The position numbers and the translations under genes are program-made. Under the pieces are notes generated by a model, which saw nothing but the letters and a program-made list of their open reading frames with translations, ran no database searches and was not told where the DNA came from. Of a DNA stretch of 63,068 nucleotides, positions 18,353-25,037 are shown one piece after another. Origin of the DNA: an uncultured Candidatus Saccharibacteria bacterium. GTDB taxonomy: Bacteria; Patescibacteriota; Minisyncoccia; Portnoybacterales; UBA2143. Position 1 is the first letter of the stretch; each line of letters starts with the position of its first letter. The DNA lies in NCBI GenBank assembly GCA_964413015.1, contig CAYPQZ010000005.1, positions 1 to 63,068 on the forward strand. Reading direction: 5' to 3'.

Positions 18353-19327
18353 TTAATTTTTAATGTGTTTTGCAAATAACGAAATAAGCGTATCTGTTAT
18401 CGGTAAATTAGTTAAATGCTCTATCCAATACCATTGACCATTAGGATTTACTTCCAGAAAAACATACTTATTATCTGGCGTCAAAATCATATCAAATGCT
18501 CCGAATTTCAAACCAGCAATTTCAAGAAATTCAACCAACCTTTCCTTAATTGCAACGGGTATTTCATATGGATAATGTGGCACATTGTCAAAATCATACC
18601 TTCGCCAATCATCCTTTGTTTGCGAAGATTTTTGAGATTCTATCGCGCAACTGAAAACACTATCTTCTATAACTGTAATTCTCAATTCCAATTTTTTCGG
18701 AATACAAGATTGAAAGAGTGTTGGGAGAAATTTTATAGATTCTAAATCTTCAAGATCTTTTGAGGTCAGCTTATGGGTATAGATATTTTTCAGTCGCTTT
18801 CCCTCTTTGATATGGCCGACTGAAACAGCCTTTGATATAATTTCTCCGTATTCCTCCTTAAATCCGTAAACCGCATTAGGGTTATTAGTCACCAGAGTAG
18901 GAGGTATTTCCAAGCCAATTTCTGTTGCCAAATTCAATTGATATAACTTATTATCAATCTCTTTGTTTCGAAAAGGATTATTTAGCCAAAACCTTTTCTC
19001 TAATAATCGCCAAATGTTACTTAAAATAAAATCAGATTCTCTTGATACAAACTCCACAATAGAAGAATCTATGATATCAGAATGAATATTTGGTTTTTCA
19101 GGCCTACGATACCAAACAGCAGAAATATTTTTTACGAGATCTATTATCCTTTCTTCGGCCTGAAGTTTTATTTTCCTGACTCCACTCCCATCAATCTTCA
19201 ATTCAAGAATATGCGAAATCAAAAGATCTTCCATATTCCATCGGAAAAACGGCAAATCTAATTCACGCAACTTTTTAATAACAATATCTGTGTGAGCATC
19301 TAATTTATTGCTCAAAATCAGCAACAT
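18353..19327 (-). CDS. ATP-grasp RiPP maturase-like ligase (MdnB/MdnC - MvdC/MvdD type)
   Basis: About 324 aa starting MLLILSNKLDAHTDIVIKKLRELDLPFFRWNMEDL, with ATG 19327 six nt after GGGAGGTGA. The ORF track starts at GTG 19336, inside that SD. C-terminal ..YVFLEVNPNGQWYWIE.. Confidence 0.75.
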   Translation of the reverse strand: MLLILSNKLDAHTDIVIKKLRELDLPFFRWNMEDLLISHILELKIDGSGVRKIKLQAEERIIDLVKNISAVWYRRPEKPNIHSDIIDSSIVEFVSRESDFILSNIWRLLEKRFWLNNPFRNKEIDNKLYQLNLATEIGLEIPPTLVTNNPNAVYGFKEEYGEIISKAVSVGHIKEGKRLKNIYTHKLTSKDLEDLESIKFLPTLFQSCIPKKLELRITVIEDSVFSCAIESQKSSQTKDDWRRYDFDNVPHYPYEIPVAIKERLVEFLEIAGLKFGAFDMILTPDNKYVFLEVNPNGQWYWIEHLTNLPITDTLISLFAKHIKN

Positions 19328-19502
19328 CTTTTTCACCTCCCTTCATCTGAATTCTCTTTCGTTATTTTGACTTTCAAAGAACGATTACGATTCAAATAAC
19401 CTAATGTCCACTATTAATATTAAAATATACTTATTTACAAATTTTGTCAAATAAATTTGTATACCAAATCGCCCCACCATTTAACTCGTTGTTACTCAAA
19501 AA

Positions 19503-19649
19503 GTTCTAACGTCCACACTCCCTATTAAAAACAACCGCATTAAATAGCGGTTATTTTATTTGCTGGCCATCGTGGACAACGTTAGAACCATCATTCAGCG
19601 ACAGAACGAACATATTTATATTCCCAACCTAACACTAACTGCCATCTAG
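19503..19649 (+). repeat. R1 mosaic repeat, copy 3, with its upstream arm (frame LLAIVDNVRTIIQRQNEHIYIPNLTLTAI)
   Basis: GTTCTAACGTCCAC (19503-19516) is the inverted complement of GTGGACAACGTTAGAAC (19572-19588). Inner hairpin AACCGC/GCGGTT at 19533-19552. 8 of 11 substitutions against copy 2 are at third positions. Confidence 0.7.
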
Positions 19650-19767
19650 TCTGTTCTCATCACCTGTTTTCCCCATTTCTTGGGCATTTTTTCAATAAGC
19701 ATATCTTAACGCAGTCCGTTGATGCCTCTCGGTCGGGCTTTTTATTCGGGAAATGAAATATATGATG

Positions 19768-20508
19768 CTACCGAAGCGTCCATCCTCCATCAACAATAAT
19801 TGTCTGACCTGTCATGTAATTAGACTTATCAGAGGCCAAAAAGACTACAACATTAGCAATATCTTTTATTGTACCCATTCTTGCCAAAGGAATCGCCGCT
19901 ATCGTTTGTTTTTTAACCTCTTCGTTTGATGTTTCGTCTGCTCCCGGAGTATCAATAGCGCCCGGGGCAACCGCATTCACATTTATTTTCTGAGGAGCCA
20001 ATTCCAGGGCCAAAGCTCTTATCATACTGCTCACTCCGCCCTTTGAGGCGCAATAATGGGTCAAGGATGGAAAGCCAATGAGAGCCGCAATTGAAGAGAT
20101 ACTGACAATCTTACTTCCTGACTTCATAATTTTTACCGCTGCCTGCGAACATAAGAAAACGCTTTTTAAGTTTACGTCTAAAACCTTATCCCAATCTTTC
20201 TCGGTCATATTCAAAAAGGGAACAAATGGGAAAACACCAGCGTTATTTACAAGAATATCTAATTGACTAAATTTTTCCATTGTTTTGGCAATCAAATTAT
20301 CTACATCTTCTTTTTGGGAAACATCACAACTAACTGCCAAGCCCTTAACTCCCATACTCTCTATTTCTTCAACAACTTTTTCGCAATCCTTTTGATTAAT
20401 ATCACTGACAACAACGTTGCATCCTTCTTTTGCCAAGGCGATTACTATTCCGTAACCAATGCCTCTTCTGGCACCGGTCACAATTGCTACTTTATTTTTT
20501 AATTGCAT
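19768..20508 (-). CDS. SDR-family oxidoreductase (FabG-like 3-oxoacyl reductase)
   Basis: Start moved to MQLKNKVAIVTGARRGIGYG (ATG 20508), because the longer ORF overlaps tRNA-Gln. ..NNAG.., ..YCASKGG.. catalytic motif. Confidence 0.85.
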   Translation of the reverse strand: MQLKNKVAIVTGARRGIGYGIVIALAKEGCNVVVSDINQKDCEKVVEEIESMGVKGLAVSCDVSQKEDVDNLIAKTMEKFSQLDILVNNAGVFPFVPFLNMTEKDWDKVLDVNLKSVFLCSQAAVKIMKSGSKIVSISSIAALIGFPSLTHYCASKGGVSSMIRALALELAPQKINVNAVAPGAIDTPGADETSNEEVKKQTIAAIPLARMGTIKDIANVVVFLASDKSNYMTGQTIIVDGGWTLR

Positions 20509-20536
20509 ATTAATTATTTTTTTTAATTTTAACCTG

Positions 20537-20607
20537 CTGCCGGGCAGGGATTCGAACCCCGATAACATCCTCCAAGGGGATGCGTCCTACCGTTAGACGA
20601 CCCGGCA
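20537..20607 (-). tRNA. tRNA-Gln (anticodon TTG), with an unusual anticodon loop CCTTGGA
   Basis: Hand fold: acceptor TGCCGGG/CCCGGCA (U1:A72, discriminator G73 as in bacterial tRNA-Gln), D arm GTCT-AACGGTA-GGAC, anticodon stem CATCC/GGATG, T arm CGGGG-TTCGAAT-CCCTG. Confidence 0.75.
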
Positions 20608-20610
20608 ATA

Positions 20611-21702
20611 CTATTCCTGAGAACACTCCACTACTGCCAATTCCAGGGGCAGTTGGGGAAAATCGGCCGACTTGATTTCGTTGCCGGCCTGAATAAAAAG
20701 ATGAATCGCTCTAATTAAATCCGGCTGGGAAAACTTTTTGCCTTGGTTAATTATGGTGTCTAATTGTTCTTTAGTCAATTCAACCGCGACTAATTTGGAC
20801 AAATCGGGATTAACTTTTAAAATCAGCATTTTCCTTAAATAATTGACCAGCGATTTGGCAAACTGGGTTAAATCATGCCCCTGGGCAATAATCTGATTGA
20901 TATGTGAAATAGCCGCTCCGTTATTATTTTCAATTAAGTAATCGGCCATATCTTGAACCGTTTTGATATCCGTTACCCCCAAGATTGCTTGGACTTCTTC
21001 CAAGGTGATTTCTTTATCTTCCACGGAAATAATCTGGCCTAATAAGCTTTCACTGTCGCGAACCGAGCCGTCAGCGTTTAACGCGACCAACTCTAGAGCC
21101 GGCTTGGCTATCTTTACTTTTTCCTGCTTAGCAATCCAGGCCAGCCGGCCAACAATTTTATCTAAAGTTAGCTTATGGAAATCGAACCGCTGACAGCGGG
21201 AAATTATGGTCTGGGGAACTTTATGAATTTCTGTAGTCGCCAAAACAAAAATGGCGTGAGCCGGCGGTTCTTCCAATGTCTTAAGTAAAGCGTTAAAGGC
21301 CTCTCTAGTCAATTGGTGGCATTCGTCGATAATAAAAACCTTGTATTTTAAGCTGTTGGGGCTAAATTTAATCCCTTCACGCAATTCTCTGATTTCATCA
21401 ATTCCCCGGTTAGAGGCGGCATCAATTTCAATTAAATCCAGGGATTTGCCCTGATTGATTTCTTGACAGGCCGGACACTGGTTGCAGGGCTCAAACTTTT
21501 TCAATTTTTGGCAATTAACCGCTTTGGCCAATAAACGGGCAACGGTGGTTTTGCCGGTCCCTCGAGGTCCGGCGAACAAATAGGCATGAGCCACTTTCCC
21601 CATAACCAAAGCATTAGTTAAGGTTTGAACAATATGCTCCTGATTAACCACTTCTGCAAAGGTTTTCGGCCGATATTTACGATACAAAACTAAATTAGAC
21701 AT
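20611..21702 (-). CDS. dnaX: DNA polymerase III subunit gamma/tau (short form)
   Basis: 363 aa, ..FAGPRGTGKTT.., zinc module CQKLKKFEPCNQCPACQ, ..IIDECHQLT.., ..SRCQRF.. Confidence 0.9.
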   Translation of the reverse strand: MSNLVLYRKYRPKTFAEVVNQEHIVQTLTNALVMGKVAHAYLFAGPRGTGKTTVARLLAKAVNCQKLKKFEPCNQCPACQEINQGKSLDLIEIDAASNRGIDEIRELREGIKFSPNSLKYKVFIIDECHQLTREAFNALLKTLEEPPAHAIFVLATTEIHKVPQTIISRCQRFDFHKLTLDKIVGRLAWIAKQEKVKIAKPALELVALNADGSVRDSESLLGQIISVEDKEITLEEVQAILGVTDIKTVQDMADYLIENNNGAAISHINQIIAQGHDLTQFAKSLVNYLRKMLILKVNPDLSKLVAVELTKEQLDTIINQGKKFSQPDLIRAIHLFIQAGNEIKSADFPQLPLELAVVECSQE

Positions 21703-21704
21703 CT

Positions 21705-22130
21705 CTATTTTTTAAAAACAATAAACTTATAGCCAATAAAATTCCAGGCCAAAGATAGGCCGGTCGCAACAACCTTTGCCAAATTAGCCCAAAGCTCTTT
21801 GCTTAAGCCGTAAACCGGCGGAATAAAAGTCGTAATACCATAGACAATGCCGCTGTTTATTGCCAGTCCAATTAAAGTCACCATGATAAACTGAGAGAAT
21901 TCGTTAACTTTGATTTCATCTCTGTCTTTAAATGTCCAATACTTATTCCAGAAATAGCTGTTAATCACCGCGACAAAGAAAGACGCCGCGTTCAGCAAAA
22001 AAATCCACTTGCCGGCATAAATTCCAGTCCACCACATCAACAGATTCAAGACGCTAAAATCTATGGCGGTATTCATAACTCCAATAACTACAAATCTGCT
22101 AAATTGAGCTGCTAATTTTTTAATTCTCAT
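21705..22130 (-). CDS. GtrA-family membrane protein
   Basis: 141 aa, 4 TM, ..FSRFVVIGVMNTAIDFSVLNLL.. Confidence 0.75.
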   Translation of the reverse strand: MRIKKLAAQFSRFVVIGVMNTAIDFSVLNLLMWWTGIYAGKWIFLLNAASFFVAVINSYFWNKYWTFKDRDEIKVNEFSQFIMVTLIGLAINSGIVYGITTFIPPVYGLSKELWANLAKVVATGLSLAWNFIGYKFIVFKK

Positions 22131-22133
22131 AAA

Positions 22134-24674
22134 CTATATCACCGTAGCTTGATTAACCTCAAAAATCAGACCCTTTTTGAGAATCAACGTATCTCGGCGC
22201 TTAACTTTGTCCTCTAAGAACAACTTTGCCAAAGAGTTTTCCACTTTTTCATGAATTACTCTTTTAAGAGGCCTGGCGCCATACAATGGATCATAACCCA
22301 ACCGGGCTAATTCTTCAACCGCCTCTATTTCAACCCTAAGCTTAACTCCTTTATCCATCAGTTTATTCTCGGTTATCTTAAGAAATAATTTAGCAATCTC
22401 AATCATATTCTCCATAGACAAAGGCCTGAATAAAATAATTTTATCAAAACGGTTTAAAAGCTCCGGTTTGAAATGTTCCAATAAAACCCTATCTTTCAGT
22501 TTATCCTCTATTTCTTTGTAATTCGTCCCTTTCCTTATTTCCTGCTGGATGAATTGAGTCCCCGCGTTAGAAGTGGCGATTAGAATAATATTGGTAAAAT
22601 TAATTACTTCGCCGGAAACGTCGGTTAATCGCCCTTCATCCATTACCTGTAAAAAAAGATTTAAGAGATCAGGATGGGCCTTTTCTACTTCATCTAACAG
22701 CAAAAGAGAATATGGCTGGCGTTTGACCGCTTCTGTTAGGTAGCCCTTATGAATCCCTTCCTCGGAACGCATGCCGATTAAACGCCGAAGGCCTCTTTTT
22801 TCCTGATACTCGGACATATCCAGACGAATCGTTTTTTTCTCGCTGCCAAAATAGACGCGGGCCAGCGACTTGGCCGATTCTGTTTTGCCAACTCCGGTCG
22901 GTCCGACAAAAAGAAAATTACAGATAGTTTTTCCCCGGTCCTGAACATCAAGCCGACTGCGCCTCAAAGCGGAAGCAATCGCATTGACGCCTTCATCCTG
23001 ATTAATCACCCGTTGATGAATCAATTTTTCTAAATTCAATAATTTCTCTTTTTCTATTTCCTGAATCTCTCCCAAAGGAATGCCCGTTTTATTAACGATT
23101 AAACTGACCACGTCGCTGTCTTTAACCAAATTGTTAGGACCTTTCTTTTGTCTGACTTCATAAGCTGATTCAGCCAGCAAATCCATAGTTTTAGCCGGCA
23201 GGGCTTTTCCGTAAAGATACTGGTCGGCCAATTTAATCGCCTTTTCCAAGGCGGCGGCCGAGAACAAAATTTTCAAATCTCGCTCAATGACAAAAATTTT
23301 GGTGAGTAGAATTCGCCAGACGGCATCGGCCGGCGGCAAAGCTACTTTTATCTTGTCCAGCAGCCGACCCAGAATTTGTCCCTCAATCTTATCCGCAAAA
23401 TTAACTGTTGAAGCGGTGCCGATGAAATAAAACGATTTCCTGTCCAAAACAGAAGCCAGGATTTCTGAAAAATCTAGTCCCTGGGCATGGCTTTTTAAGC
23501 CAACCAGATTGTCAACATTTTCTACAACTAGAATGATATTCCCGGCCCGACTGATTTCAAAAAGAATTTTTCTTAAATATTCCTCTCCTTTTTGATGCGC
23601 TCTGGATAAACTGACTAGCCCGCTTACGTCCAGCGAAACCAATCTCTTGTCCTGCAAAAACTTAGGAACATTTTCAGAAACCATCAACTGAGCAACTTTT
23701 TTCAGAATGGCTTTTTTGCCTATTTCGCTCTGGCCGACTAGAATCACTCCGGGTCTGCCAGCGCTAAAAAAACTAAAAATTTTCTCAATTTCTTTATCAC
23801 GGCCGATAACCATTTCGAAAGCCCCTTGCCTGGCTAAAAATGTCATATCTTGACTGACCTTATCCAGCAATGGAGTTAAAGCAGCAGTCATCGAACGGTT
23901 CAATTTTCCCTTCGGCTTAAGCAGTTTTTTCCAGAAAAATTCTTTTTCCTGCTGCTGAATTACCTTTTCTGCCTGTTCCCATTCAACGACTTTCTTAACC
24001 TCTTCGGGGCTAATGCCGAATTCGTCAAAAATCATGCCCACCAAGTTTTCCTGCTGGCTAATCGCCCAGAGAATATCTAAAGAATCAATCTGCTCTTTTC
24101 TGTTTTCCAGACATAAATAATAAGCTTGATAAAAAATTTCCTTGAAATCGCTCGCTATTTTCGGTTCTAAAAGATTTTTTTTCAGTCCCTGTTCCGGATT
24201 CGCCGAGAAAGACCGTTCCAAAACTTTTTTGGCCTTTTGAATGATTAATCTCGGCTGGCAGTTTAATCGTTTAAGTATTTTCGCAAAATTCTTGTTCCCC
24301 GCAAAACAGACAAAAAGATGAATCGGACGTAAAAATTTGTATCTTTTACGGTAGCCAATCAGCCAGGTTTTTTCCAGCGATTTTCGAGCTGATTTATCTA
24401 AAAACAAGGCAATATTCACTTCCTGTACATCTGCTAACAGCCTTATTTTATTCACTCTCTCCTTACTCCGCTGCCAAACATACAGGATAAAGGCATCAAC
24501 CAACAAAGACAAATAAAAGATTTCCAGCGAGTCCGTGGAAAGGAACAGAATAACAATTCCGTAAAAGCCAGACAAAACCAGACAAAGCAAAATCAGCCAA
24601 AATAAAAGGGCTTTTAAGCGTCTTTGGGCAATCCCCAAAAGGCTCAAATTCGGTTCGAAAGTAATTTTATCCAT
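22134..24674 (-). CDS. Membrane-anchored Clp/Hsp100-like AAA+ ATPase (degenerate first AAA module, canonical second)
   Basis: 846 aa with two N-terminal TM helices and a Clp-N-like repeat. AAA-1 has GQSEIGKK / VVENVD. AAA-2 has FVGPTGVGKTE / LLLLDEVEKAH, ..GARPLKR.. Confidence 0.75.
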   Translation of the reverse strand: MDKITFEPNLSLLGIAQRRLKALLFWLILLCLVLSGFYGIVILFLSTDSLEIFYLSLLVDAFILYVWQRSKERVNKIRLLADVQEVNIALFLDKSARKSLEKTWLIGYRKRYKFLRPIHLFVCFAGNKNFAKILKRLNCQPRLIIQKAKKVLERSFSANPEQGLKKNLLEPKIASDFKEIFYQAYYLCLENRKEQIDSLDILWAISQQENLVGMIFDEFGISPEEVKKVVEWEQAEKVIQQQEKEFFWKKLLKPKGKLNRSMTAALTPLLDKVSQDMTFLARQGAFEMVIGRDKEIEKIFSFFSAGRPGVILVGQSEIGKKAILKKVAQLMVSENVPKFLQDKRLVSLDVSGLVSLSRAHQKGEEYLRKILFEISRAGNIILVVENVDNLVGLKSHAQGLDFSEILASVLDRKSFYFIGTASTVNFADKIEGQILGRLLDKIKVALPPADAVWRILLTKIFVIERDLKILFSAAALEKAIKLADQYLYGKALPAKTMDLLAESAYEVRQKKGPNNLVKDSDVVSLIVNKTGIPLGEIQEIEKEKLLNLEKLIHQRVINQDEGVNAIASALRRSRLDVQDRGKTICNFLFVGPTGVGKTESAKSLARVYFGSEKKTIRLDMSEYQEKRGLRRLIGMRSEEGIHKGYLTEAVKRQPYSLLLLDEVEKAHPDLLNLFLQVMDEGRLTDVSGEVINFTNIILIATSNAGTQFIQQEIRKGTNYKEIEDKLKDRVLLEHFKPELLNRFDKIILFRPLSMENMIEIAKLFLKITENKLMDKGVKLRVEIEAVEELARLGYDPLYGARPLKRVIHEKVENSLAKLFLEDKVKRRDTLILKKGLIFEVNQATVI

Positions 24675-25025
24675 TTATGAAATAAACTTGTAAACGGCAA
24701 AGACCGGCAAAACCAGCCAAGCTAATAAAACCAACACCCATAAAAAAAACCAAAGAAACATAAACAGAAATCTCCAAAACAATTGGAATAAACGGACCAT
24801 CATGCTTAAAACATAAGCGTCCCAGCCCCGTTGAGCATACATCGGCTTAAAAACATTCCTGATAAGAATCGACAAAGCCATAACCCGCCAGCCGTCCTTT
24901 ACCCTTTTCCAGCAAAAAAAAGCCGCTTTTTTCAAACCCCGGCTGTACCACCAGACCGGAAAATAGAGAAGCTCTAAAACAGCATCTAAAAACAAATCTT
25001 TAAAAATTAGCTTGTAAGCCGTCAT
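24675..25025 (-). CDS. Small polytopic membrane protein
   Basis: 116 aa. Abuts the Clp-like gene (stop/start adjacent) and lies 12 nt after the VirD4-like gene. Confidence 0.5.
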   Translation of the reverse strand: MTAYKLIFKDLFLDAVLELLYFPVWWYSRGLKKAAFFCWKRVKDGWRVMALSILIRNVFKPMYAQRGWDAYVLSMMVRLFQLFWRFLFMFLWFFLWVLVLLAWLVLPVFAVYKFIS

Positions 25026-25037
25026 AGGTTTTTAAGA

